A stretch of 64,000 nt of DNA from Gaiellaceae bacterium (GTDB taxonomy: Bacteria > Actinomycetota > Thermoleophilia > Gaiellales > Gaiellaceae). This document shows, piece by piece, positions 42,601 to 54,600 of this stretch. Both the position numbers and the translations under genes were made by a program. The first letter of the stretch is position 1. Each line of letters opens with the position of its first letter. The DNA lies in assembly GCA_036501285.1 (NCBI GenBank), contig DASYAO010000147.1, forward strand, positions 1,545 through 65,544. The letters run 5' to 3'. The notes below the pieces were generated by a model. It had not been told where the DNA came from, did no database searches, and was given only the letters and a program-made list of their open reading frames with translations.

Positions 42601-45600
42601 GCGCCGCGATCGTGCCGGTCGGCAGCGGCTCCGGGCCGCCGCGCGGGGTGACGACGCCGAGGTCGCCGATCAGGATGTCGTTGCCGGCCTCGCCGTAGAG
42701 CGTGTCGTTGCCGAGGTCGCCGTGGAGTTCGTCGTCGGCCGGCCCGCCCCAGATCGTGTCGTTGTCGTTGCCGCCGTAGATCAGGTCGTTGCCGGCTCCG
42801 GTCGGATCGGTGGACGAGGTGATCGTCGGGACGCCGGCGGCCGAGAAGTCGACCTCGCCGTTGTCGCCGACGAGCAGGTCGTCGCCGTCGTCGCCGTAGA
42901 TCGTGTCGCCGGCCGTGCCGCCGAAGACGATGTCGTTCCCGTTGTTGCCATGGATGATGTCGCCGCCACCGTCCGCGGGGTTGGTCGTGAACGCGCGGGT
43001 CACCGACTGGTTCAGGACGCCGTAGCCGGACGCCACCGCTGAGCCGAAGTCGACCTCACCGTTGTCGCCGAAGATCAGGTCGTTGCCGTCGGCGCCGTTG
43101 ATCACGTCATTGGCGTAGCCGCCCAGGATCACATCGTTGCCCGCGCCGCCGTCGATCACGTCGTTGCCGCCGTCGGTCGAGTTCGTCGTCAGGGTGGAGA
43201 CGAGGGTTCCGAGCAGGTTCCCGGCATCCGACCGGTGGACGATGCCGTCGTCGCCGAGGATGACGTCGTTGCCCGGGCCGCCCTGGATCGTGTCGCCAAG
43301 CGGGCCGCCGAGGATGATGTTGTTGCCCGTGCCTCCGGTGATCTTGTCCGCGCCGCCGATGCCCGGGTTCAGCGTGAAGATGTCGAAGTCGCCGGACTTG
43401 CCGCCCTCGTCGACTTGGCCGTTGTCGCCGAGGATGATGTTCGTGCCGGCCGGCGTGAGGATGGTGTCGCCGCCGGTGCCGCCGAGGATGATGTTCGAGC
43501 CGCCGAGCGCGGTGATCGAGTCGCCCGCGCCGGTCGTGCCGTCGGCGTCGGCCGTCTGCACCTCGAAGACGTTCTCGGCCGCTGTGCCGTCGCGGAAGAC
43601 CGTGCCGTTGTCGCCGAGGACGATCGAGAAGCCCGAGCCGAGCGTGATCTGATCTGAGCCGAACCCGCCGAGGATGACGTTGTGCGTGCCGTTCAGGTTG
43701 TCGAGACCGGCCGTGATCACGTCGTTCCCGCCGAGTCCCGGCTGCGTCGTGAGGATGTCGTTCTCGGTCGTGCTGTTCAGCGTCACCATGCCGTTGTCGC
43801 CGAGGATGATGTTGTTGCTGCCGCCGTTGGCCGAGATGTTGTCGGCCCCGACGCCGCCGAGGATCACGTTCGTGCCACCGTTGGAGATGACCGTGTCGTT
43901 GTCGCCGGTGGGCGACGTCGTGTCGGTCGTGGCGACCTGGGTGATCTGCGCCAGCGTGCCGAACCCGATGCTGCCGCCGACGCGGCGGACGATGCCGTTG
44001 TCGCCGAGCACGACGTTCGTGCCTGAGCCGATCGTGATCCGGTCGGCGCCGACTCCACCGATGATGATGTTGCTCGTCAGGTTGGTGTTGCTGTCGGTGC
44101 CGGCCGTGATCAGGTCGTTGCCGCCGAGCGGGCCGGTACACGTCACGTCGTTCGGGTCGTCGGCACACGGCGTCGAGAAGATGTCGTTGTTGCTGGCGTT
44201 GTTCAGGTTCACGACGCCGTTGTCGCCCAGGATGATGTTCTGGCTGCCACCCAGCGCCTGGATCGAATCGGCGCCGACACCGCCCAGAATCACGTTCGTG
44301 CCGCCGTTCGAGACGATCGTGTCGTTGCCGCCGGTCGCGCTTGTCGTGTCGAGCGTGTAGAGCTGGACGACATCGGTGATCTGCCCGAAGCCGATGTTGC
44401 CGGCCTTCCGATGGATGAACCCGTTGTCGCCGAGCACGATGTTGTCGCCGGAGCCGATCGTGATCTGATCGGCGCCGAAGCCGCCGACGATGATGTTCGT
44501 CGTCGCGTTCTTGTTGTCGGTGCCGGCCGTGATCACGTCGTTGCCGCCGAGGGACAGTTCGGTCGAGGAGATGTCGTTCGCGACGGCGTTGTTCAGGTTC
44601 ACGATGCCGTTGTCGCCGAGGATGATGTTCTGGCTGCCACCCAGCGCCTGGATCGAGTCGGCGCCGACACCGCCGAGGATCACATTCGTGCCGCCGTTCG
44701 AGATGATCGTGTCGTTCGCCCGCGCCAGGTCGACGACGTCGAGCGTGTAGATCTGGACGACGTCCGCGATCGTGCCGAAGCCGATGTTCCCGGCGTTGCG
44801 GTGGACGAAGCCGTTGTCGCCGAGCACGATGTTGTCGCCGGACCCGATCGTGACCTTGTCCGCGCCGAAGCCCCCGATGATGATGTTCGTGGTCGCGTTC
44901 TGGTTGTCGGTGCCGGCCGTGATCACGTCGTCGTCGCCGAGCGACAGATCTGTCGAGTAGATGTCGTTCGAACCGGTGTTGTTGAGGTTCACGACGCCGT
45001 TGTCGCCCAGGATGATGTTCTGGCTGCCGCCCAGCGCCTGGATCGAATCGGCGCCGACGCCGCCCAGGATCACGTTGGTGCCGCCGTTCGAGACGATCGT
45101 GTCGTTGCCGCCCGTGAAGCTCGTCGGGTCGGTCGTGTTGATCTCGATCACGTCGGCGATCGTGCCGAAGCCGATGTTCCCGGCGTTGCGGTGGACAAGA
45201 CCGTTGTCGCCGAGCACGATGTTGTCGCCCGACCCGATCGTGATCTGGTCGCTGCCGACACCACCGATGATGATGTTGACCGTCGCCTTGGCGTTGTCGG
45301 TGCCCGCCGTGATCACGTCGTTACCGCCGAGCGGGCTCGAACAGGTGAACGTCCCGTCGCCGCACGGGCTGGAGAAGATGTCGTTCGACCCGGCGTTGTT
45401 CAGGTTCACGACGCCGTTGTCGCCCAGGATGATGTTCTCGCTGCCGCCCAGCGCCTGGATCCCGTCGGCGCCGACGCCGCCCAGGATCACGTTCGTGCCG
45501 CCGTTCGAGACGATCGTGTCGCCGTCGCCCGTCGAGCCCAGAACGTCGGTCGTGAACACCTCGACGATCTGGGCGATCGTGCCGAAGCCGATTTCGCCGC

Positions 45601-48600
45601 CGACCCGCTCGACGCGTCCGTTGTCGCCGAGCATGACGTTGTCGCCGGAGCCGAGGGTGATCGAGTCCATTCCGACGCCGCCGATGATCACGTTGCTGCT
45701 CGCGTTCGCATTGTCGACACCGGCCGCGATCACATCGTTGCCGCCAAGCGGAGTCGTGCAGGTGAACGTCCCGTCGGCGCACGGCACCGAGTAGATGTCG
45801 TTGTTGCCGGCGTTGTTCAGGTTCACGACGCCGTTGTCGCCCAGGATGATGTTCTGGCTGCCGCCCAGCGCCTGGATCCCGTCGGCGCCGACGCCGCCCA
45901 GGATCACGTTCGTGCCGCCGTTCGAGACGATCGTGTCGTCGCCGCCTGTCGCGCTCGTCGTATCGAGAGTCGTCACGGAGACGATGTCTGCGAGGCTGCC
46001 GAAGCCGATCTTGCCGCCGGTACGGCTGATGTAGCCGTTGTCGCCGAGCACGACATTGTCGCCGGAGCCGATCGTGATCTTGTCGTTGCCGAAGCCGCCC
46101 ACGATCACATTGCTCGTCGCGTCTTCATTGTCGATGCCGGCCGTGATCGTGTCGTCGCCGCCGAGTGAAAGCTCGGTCGAGAAGATGTCGTTCGAGCCGG
46201 CGTTGTTCAGGTTCACGACGCCGTTGTCGCCCAGGATGATGTTCTGGCTACCGCCGTTGGCGGAGATGAAGTCGCCCGCGACCCCGCCCAGGATCACGTT
46301 GTCGCCGGCGGCGCTCGTGATGCAGTCGACGGCGCCCGTCGCCGATGTCGTGTCGGTCGTGAAGACGCTGAGGATCGTCTCGCTCGGCGCCGGGCCGCGG
46401 TCGACCTCGCCGTTGTCGCCGAGGATCACGGCGTCGCCGGTGCCGGCCGTCAGCGTGTCGGAGCCGAAGCCGCCGATGACGATCGAGACGCCGTCGCCGG
46501 CGGTGATCGTGTCGTTGCCGCCCTGGTCGATCGCGATCGACTTGATGTCGTTCGGGCCGCTGACGTTGTTGAGCGCGACGCTGCCGTTGTCGCCGAGCAG
46601 CACGTCATAGCCGGAGCTGCCGACGATCGTGTCGCCCGCGGCGCCGCCGATGATCACGTCGTTCCCCGTGCCGCCATCGACGGTGTCGGGGGCGCCGAGG
46701 CTCGGGAAGGTCGATGTGACGAAGATCGGGATCCCCGCGGCTGCGAGTACCGCGCCGCTGTCACCGAGCTCGACGTTGTTGCCGGGGGTCCCGGCGAGCG
46801 TGACGCCCGGCTGCTGGTCGCCGTAGACGGAGTCGCTCGCGCCTTCGCCGATCAGGATGTCGCTGCCGCCGTTGCCGACGATCGTGTCGGTGCCGTCGAT
46901 CCCTTGCGAGACGCTCAGGACGACGAAGTTGTTCGACACGGGGATGTTCGAGTCGTCGCCAAGGCCGCCGCCGCCGCGGATCGCCTCGACGCCGGCCGTC
47001 GAGCCGATCGTGACGTTGCCCTGGTCGTCGAAGGTGACCGCCGACGGGTTGTCGACGAAGTCGATCCGGCCGCGGTCGCCGACCAGGATGTCGTTCCCCT
47101 TGCCGCCGGTGAGCGTGTCGTTGCCCGCGCCGCCGAAGACAACGAGCGGCAGCGACGACCCGGAGCCGTCGAAGACGTCGTCGTCGGCCGGAGCGGTCTG
47201 CGGGAACGTGAAGGTCTGGCTGTAGATGTGGGTGATCTGCACGAGCACGAGGGCCTGGAGCGTGGGCGCCGCGCCGCTGAAGACGATCGTCCCGTCGTTC
47301 GCGATCGTGGCCGCGACCGGCGAGCCGTTGACCGTCACCAGGAGCCCGTCGCCCGCCGAGTACGGGTTCGTAAGCTTGTGGCTCGTGCCGTCGTAGACGA
47401 ACTCCTGCGTCGTCTTGTGCTTGTCGTTCACCGTGACGTAGTCGCCGGCAGCCGGGCTGATCGTCAGCGCGACCGCGTTCAGCGACGGGATCAGGGTGTA
47501 CTCGTCGGACGAGAGCAGCGTGCCGTCGAGCGACGCCGTGACGACGTCGGCCGTCGTGTTGTAGTTGCCATAGAAGACCGGCTGGGTAAGCGCCTGGTAG
47601 CTCTCGTACGCGCCCTGGAGGTCGGCGACGAAGAAGCCACCCTTGGTCGAGTCGAGGTTCGCCGTGACCTTGTCGTCGCCGAGACCGGTGTTGAGCGTGG
47701 TGATCTCGGTCACGCCCGGCGTCGAGTGGACGCCGTTGACGGTGACCGTGTCGGCGCCGAAGCCGGTCCAGAAGGTGATGCCGCCGCCGAGATCGCCGCC
47801 ATGGCTTGCACCGAAGGTGATCGCCGCGGGAGCGAGGCCGGTGACGCCGCCGGTTTCGAGATCGATCGTCGGGCAGGTCGTCCCCACGTGTGCCTCGACC
47901 GTCGCGCAGGTTGCCGCGCCCTCGTCGCTGACCATCAGCGACTGGCCCGTACCGGCGCCCTCGTCGATCGCGAGCGTGCCGAGGATGCCGTCGGTGACGC
48001 CCGTCAGGTGGTCGGGCAGGTCGCCGACGCTCGCGTTCGCCTGCGATGAGACGTAGACGTGATCGTTGCCGCCGCCGGTGTTGAGGTTCGTCGTCGTGCC
48101 CGCGGTCGTGCTCTGGACGTTGAAGACGTCGTTGCCGTTGCCGAGATCGACGTCGAGGGTGTTGGCGCCGTAGTACTGGATTCCGCTCTCCTGGTTCGAG
48201 ACCGTGGCGGTGCCCTTCGTGAGACCGGATGTGTCGATGTAGGCGATCGAGGCCTTCGCGAACGCTCCCCGGAAGACGATCTGGTACGAGCTGCCGTGCT
48301 GCTCGACGGCGACGTTGTCGGTGAAGGGCAGCGCCGGGTTCGTGTTGTTCGGGTTGAGGATCGCGCTCACCGAGGCCAGCAAGGCCGACGCGGAGATGCC
48401 AACCGGGAGCGGGCCGGTGATGTAGTCCTGGAGCACGCCCTGCGAGTTGGGCAGGACGAAGTGGAGCTCGAAGCTGCCGGCGAGGTTGCCGGTCGCATCC
48501 GGCGTCAGGTCGATCGTCTGGACGTTGTCGAGACTCGGCGAGCGCGTGCCGTCGTCGACGAGAGCCGTCTGCACGCTCGCGGTCGCGCCGACCGCCGCCT

Positions 48601-51600
48601 TGAGCGTGCTGCCTGCGATCGCCGTGCCGACGCCTTGCAGCTTGCTGAGGTCGAGGGAGTACCCGACGCCGCCGACGACGACCTCGAACGCGTTGTTCGT
48701 ACCGCTGACCGTGATCCCCGAGATCCCGAAGACCTTCTGGAGCGCTGCCTGCACGTCCGGGGCCGTCGGGTTCGGCGAGAGCGTCGCGTCGCCGAAGCCC
48801 GGCGCGGTGATCACGAACGGCTGGGTCTGGCCCGCCGGCAGCGTGAGTGTCCACGTGCGCACCCACTGGAGCTGGTCGAAGTGCTTGCCCGCGCCGTCGC
48901 CTGCGAACACGATGGTGTAGGTCACCTGGTTACTCGCCGAAGTCGCGGTGACCGAAATGCCCGTGAGGCCGTAGAGCGTGTCGAGCGCCTGCGCCATGGC
49001 GGCGGCCGACGCCGCGAGGGCGGCCGGCGTGAGCGACGTGGGATACGTGAGCGTGACCGTGCTGGTGCTGCCGAGGTCGGGCGCCAGCAGCTCGAAGTTG
49101 CCGCTCGCGGCAGTGATGGTGACCGTCTGCTCCTCGGCCACCGTCGGCATCCCGAGACCGGTCAGCGTCGTGTCGGTCAACGTGCCGGTGGTCGAGCTCG
49201 GATCCTTCGAATCGTCGACGACGAGCGTGTCGTTTCCGGTGCCGGTGTCGATCGTGAGGAGGCCGGCGATCCGGTCGACGTTGCCGCCGTCACCGACAGT
49301 CACGGTGTCGCTGCCCGAGCCGGTGTCGACCGTCGTGTGGCCGGAGACGGTCTCGACGTTGATCGAGTTGTTGCCGTTGCCGGAGACGACCGACGTCGTC
49401 GCCTGACTCGTGCCGTCGATCGTGAAGGTGTTGTTGCCCTTCCCGAGATAGATGTTGACCGATTCGAGCGCCGAGTAGCTGATCCCGCCGGGGATGCTGA
49501 GGCCGCCGATTACGGTGTCGCCGCCCATGCCGAGTCCGGTGATCGTGCTCTCCGTCAGCGTCCCGTTGAGGTTGTTCGGATCGGCGGTGTCGTAGACGTT
49601 CAGCGTGTCGACCTGTTGCGTCTCGTTCACCGTGGTGTTCGGGTTGAGGGGAGCGACGTGGTACGGGTCGCCGGCGCTCGGGGTCTCGGGCTGGCCGTTC
49701 TGGTCGACGTCCCAGCCGGTCGTGAACGTGACCTGGGTCCCGGAGACGAGCGGCAGGTAAGTCGAGGTGACGCCCGCGGCGAGCCCATTCGTCAGGTCGC
49801 CGATCGTGCCGCCGCCGTTCCCCGTCGTCGAGAACGAGTCGGTGCCGGTGCCGCCCGTGAGAGCCCACTGGTCGGTCGAGCCGCCCGCGGTCGTGAAGCG
49901 GTACGACGCGAGCGTCCAGTCGAGGCCGCATTCGGTCGTCTCCGTCGGCGCCATCACGCAGGCGGGCGTGCCGCTGACGATGCCCTGGCCACCGCCGACC
50001 TCGGTGTTCGTCTTCGGGACGATCGTGAAGCTCACGTCGAAGGGGTTGCCGGGCCGCGAGAGCAGCAGGTCGCTGTCGCCGAGGAGGCCGGAGCGGAGCT
50101 GCGCGTTGAACGCGCCGGGAATCTGCTCGAGCAGCGCCTCGGCGAGGAGCGAGGCGATGTCGTTCGCCGTCGTGACCTCGACTGAGTAGGTGTGGCCGTC
50201 GACCGTCAGCTCCCACGTGTCGCCGAGGTTCGGCACACCTGAGAAGGCGACGTCGGCGGAGACCCACTTGAGCGCCGAGGCCGCGGCCGACACGACCGGC
50301 GTGCCGTAGAAGATCGCCTGACCGCTCAGCTGCTTCCCGTCGAACGTGAGGTTCACCGGGATGCCGGTCGCGCTCTCGAGCGACAGGATGTCCTGCGAGA
50401 CCGAGCCGACGTTGAGTGTCTCGCCGGCGGCCGAGCCGTCGAGGAACTCGACGGTGTACGAGTAGCTGTTCATCCGCGGGTCGAAGCCGGGGCGCTCGCC
50501 GTCCGTCGCGCTCACGTTCGTCGCGTTGAGGTCGGTGATCGTCGCGTCGCCCGCGTCGTTCGTGCCCGGGCCGTTCGTGCCCGCGCATGGCGTCCCGCCG
50601 ACGGCGCAGGTGAGCGTCCCGTCCGCGAGCGGAAGGTTCGTCTCACCCGGAAGCATCAGCGGGCTCGTCAGGAGCGACTGCGTCTGCGCCGAGTTGCCAC
50701 CGACGATCGTCACCGGGCCGCGGATCTGGTCGGTGGTGTTCGGGAGCGGCGGGAAGGAGAGCGCGTCGCCGCCGTCGACCGTGAAGTCGGGAACGCCGAC
50801 CACCGTGACCGACTGGAACTCGTCCCAGTCGGTCGAGTCGAACACGAGCTGCGGCGTGACGGTGGCGCCGCCCTGGCTGTCGGTCGTGATCGAGAACCTG
50901 GCGGCGACCTGGCCGCCGCCGACGCGGCTGATCGTGATCACGCGACCGGAGCTGCCGACGTTGTAGGTCTTGACGTCGATCTTCGACGCGATCGCCTGAG
51001 CGATCGAGGCCAGGGTGTCGCCGTAGATCGCGGTGTACGAGTAGACGTGGCTCGAGTCGAGGGTGAGCGTCCAGGTCTCGTTCATCGCCGGGAGACCGCC
51101 GAGTCCGACCGAGATCGAGGACGCATCGACCGATGCCGTCGCCGCGCCCTCGGTCGAGACCGTCAGGTACACCGAGGTCGGCTTGCCGTCCCGGCGCGAA
51201 ACCGAGATCACCGGTGCGGTCGAAGTGCCGCCGACGCCGGCGTTGTAGACGCCGGGTGCCGGCATCCCCTCGAGCTCGTTCGCGACGTCCTGCAGGCTGT
51301 CGCCGCTCTGGACGGTGTACGAGTACGCCGTCCCGTCGACGTTGAGCGTCCAGACCTCGTTCAGCGCCGGCGTCCCGCTGAGTGTCACGGACGAGCTCGT
51401 GTCGGTCCCGGTCACTGTCGCCGTGCCCTGGGTGTCGCCCGTGATCTGGAAGCCCGCCCGGAAGCTGCCGCTCTTCGCGTGGACGACGAGCGTCTCGGTC
51501 GTCGTGTTGACCGTGATCGTGTAGTCCGCGGTCGGAATCTTCGCCGCGAGCGCGTTCAGGATCGTCGTCAGCGTATCGCCGTCCTGGACGGTGTAGGAGT

Positions 51601-54600
51601 AGGAGGCGGAGCCGAGCGTGATCGTCCAGACCTCGCCGGTCTTCGGCGTTCCGGCGAGCTCGAACACCGCTTGCGGCGTGCTGACGCCCACCTGGATGAA
51701 GTCGTTCTGGCCGAAGTTCGAGTTCGGGTCGAAGGCCTCGGCCGAGTCGTAGGTCGGGGTCGCCTGCGGGACGACGTCGATCGTCACGGTCTGACTTCCC
51801 GTCAGCGGCGCGGTGAGCACGACCTGGTAGGTGCCGCTGTCCGGCGCCTTCGTGAGCTGCGTCTGGTACGCCGGGTCGTCGCTCAGGTTGTTCGCGATCT
51901 CGAACCGGCTCGTGATATCCGGCGCCGTCGACCAGCCCGGGCCGGCGATCGTGAAGAGCTGCCGCTCCGGGTCGTAGCCCGAGATCGTCGCCTGCTCGCC
52001 GACGCCGGTGCCGCTGACGATCGTCACCTCGGAGCCGACGAAGCTGAACTGGTTCGGATTCGTCGGATGGCCCTGGAGCGAGACGAACAGCTGGTAGTTC
52101 ATCCCGGTCGGGACCTGCTGGATGCCGTTGGTCTTGAACGTGTTGCGGACGCCGGCGGTGCAGAAGAACCCGAAGATCAGCTGGCCGCCGTCGGTGCACT
52201 GATCCCACGTGACGTTCGCCGCGACCTCGAGCTTGTAGGTGCCGGGCTGCGTGAAGACGTAGTCGATCAGCGGATCGGTGAGCGGATCAAGAGCGTTGCT
52301 CGGCTTGCCGACGTTGATGTTCGCGCCGAAGCTCGACCAGGTATCGGTGCACGTGCGTGAGCCGCCGGAGAGGTTGCAGGTGCTCGTCGCAAGCAGGTTG
52401 TTGTTCGCGTCGAAGAGCTCCAGCACCGGCAGCGCCGTGAAGCCGAGCGACTGGTTCTGCGAGAAGATCGGCGCGAGGAACGGGAAAAGCGAGACGAGCC
52501 AGGCGAACGCCGGATTGACGGCCGCAACATTGATGGCGCCCGTGACGTCGCTCGCGTCCGCGAGGTGGAACGAGCCCTCAGCGGAGCCGTTGCGCTCGGC
52601 GAGCGTGAAGACGAACGGGTCGACCTTCGACTCGTCGGTGAGCGTGAGCGTTCCGTCGGTCGTCCCGACGGCGTCGACGGCCGACTTGCCGGTGAGGAAC
52701 GCCGTGTGCACGAGGCTCGCGATTCCCTGCGCGATCGTGCCGAGCGTGCGGAGAGCCTCCTCGCTCGTCGGCAGCGGCAGCACCTGGTACGTGTACGTCG
52801 CGCCGTCGATCGTGAGCACCCAATTCTCGTTGTCGACGTAGGAGCCGGTCAGGTCTACGGTCGCTGTCTGGTAGTGGCCGCGAGTGTCCTCCGTCGCGCC
52901 CGAGTCGAGGCTCGAGGCGATGCGGAGCTCGGTCACCGAGATCAGGGCCGGGGCGGCCGGCGTCTTGAAGACGAGGTCGTCTCCGCCCGTGCCGGCCGAG
53001 ACCATGAAGTCCGAGTGGAGCTTCGCGAGCAGCGCCGCGATCGGGTTCGGTGCGGCTTCGGTCGTCGTGACGGTGTACGGCGTGCCGCCGACGGTCACCG
53101 TCCAGGTCTGGCCGGAAACGAATCCGGGCAGGCCCGGCTGGAGCTGCACGTCCTGCGTCCAGACGATGCTCGGCGTTCCGCTGACCGTGGCATTCGGCGC
53201 GTTCGGGTTGCGGGTGACCGCAAAGCTCGTGTTCAGCGTGCCGCCGGCGACCTTCGTCACATAAAGCGTCGAGCCGCTCGAGAAGGCGGTGTAGCCGGAG
53301 GCCGCGTCGATGGCGAGCGCGAGCGCGTGCGCGATCGTCGCGGTGGTGTCGCCCGCCACCGGGTAGTGGTACGGCGTTCCGTCGACCGTGACCGTCCAGA
53401 TGTCATCTGCATTGATGGCGGCAGCGCTGAGGGCCAGCGTGGTCGTCGCCGCGTTCGAGACGCTTGCGGTACCACCGGAGACGGCTCCCGCGCTCGTCGT
53501 GAAGCTCGCGCCTCCCACTGCGGTGATCGTGATCACGGCGTTGGCGCCGACCTGGCTGACGATCGTCGACGACTTGAGCTGTGACTGGAGCGCGGCCGCG
53601 ATTGTGTCGAGCGTGTCGCCGGTGCTGCCGTCGTCGACGGTATAGGTCGCTGACCCGGTGACCCCGCCGGTGACCGACACCGACCACGTGTCACCGGCGA
53701 CGGCATTGCCGGAGAGCGTCTCGACCAGAGCGGCCTGGTTCGCCGGCAGCTGCTCGACGACCTCGAGCGCGACCGTGATGCTGCCCGTGCCCTTGGTGCC
53801 GGTGATCGTCAGCGTGCCGTTGCTGTTCGTGACCGTGAAGTCCCCTGTGAAGTCAGCCGCGAGCGCGGATGCCGTTGTCGCGGTTTCTGTCTCGGTCGTC
53901 GCGCCGCTCTGGCTCAGCGTCAGCGTCAGCTGGTCGCCCGAGGCCACCGACGGCAACGCGTACGTGCCGCCCGAGGAGATCGAACCGTTATGGGCAGTCA
54001 CGGTGAGCGAGGCGCTGATTGCACTCCCACCGAGCTTGACGATCACGAGCGTCGGCATGCCCGGCGCGAGCGCGACTGTGTAAGCGGAGCCGATCGCGTT
54101 CGCGATCGTCGTGGCGTCGGCGCCCGCATTCGCGCCCGTCGCCGTGTACGGCGTCCCGTCGAGGGTCAGCGTGACGCTGTCGCCCACATACTGCTCGAGC
54201 GATACGACCTGCGCGGTCGCGGGACCGGGCGTGGCCGTGCCGCCGGCCGTAGGCGAGATGACGATCGTAAAGTCCGGCCCACTCGCGCGAGTGACCGTAA
54301 CGGAGTCACCGTCGACCTTCGCCGTGAACCCGCTCACGCCGTTGATCGCGCTCGCGAGGTTCTGAGTGACAGCGCCCGCATCGGCGGCGCCCGCGATGTT
54401 GTTCAGGGTCGCAATCGGTCCGTTCGTATCGGAGAGCGTCGCCGTCCACGTGTCGGCCGAGCCCGAGGTGACCGTGATCGTGTGCGAGAACGCGGTGCCG
54501 GTGCTCGCCGCGCCGGACGCCTTGACCGCGATCGTGCCGGTGAACGGCGTCTGGCTCGAGACCGTCAGCGCCGCGCCGACCGAGTTGACCGTGTAGCCCG

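Noticed and set aside
43450-46700. Regularly spaced DNA repeats of about 390 bp, considered as a possible CRISPR, satellite or mobile repeat array
   Set aside because: The period is far too long for CRISPR, and there are no short conserved repeats with unique spacers. The repeats are in frame and encode a conserved protein unit inside one ORF.
39650-47200. Classical RTX toxin/adhesin secreted by a type I system
   Set aside because: The turns are mostly GGxNxIxxG / LGDNG rather than GGxGxDxUx. The C-terminus is three Ig-like domains rather than a T1SS signal. No ABC/MFP/TolC genes are in the window. I therefore describe it only as RTX-like.
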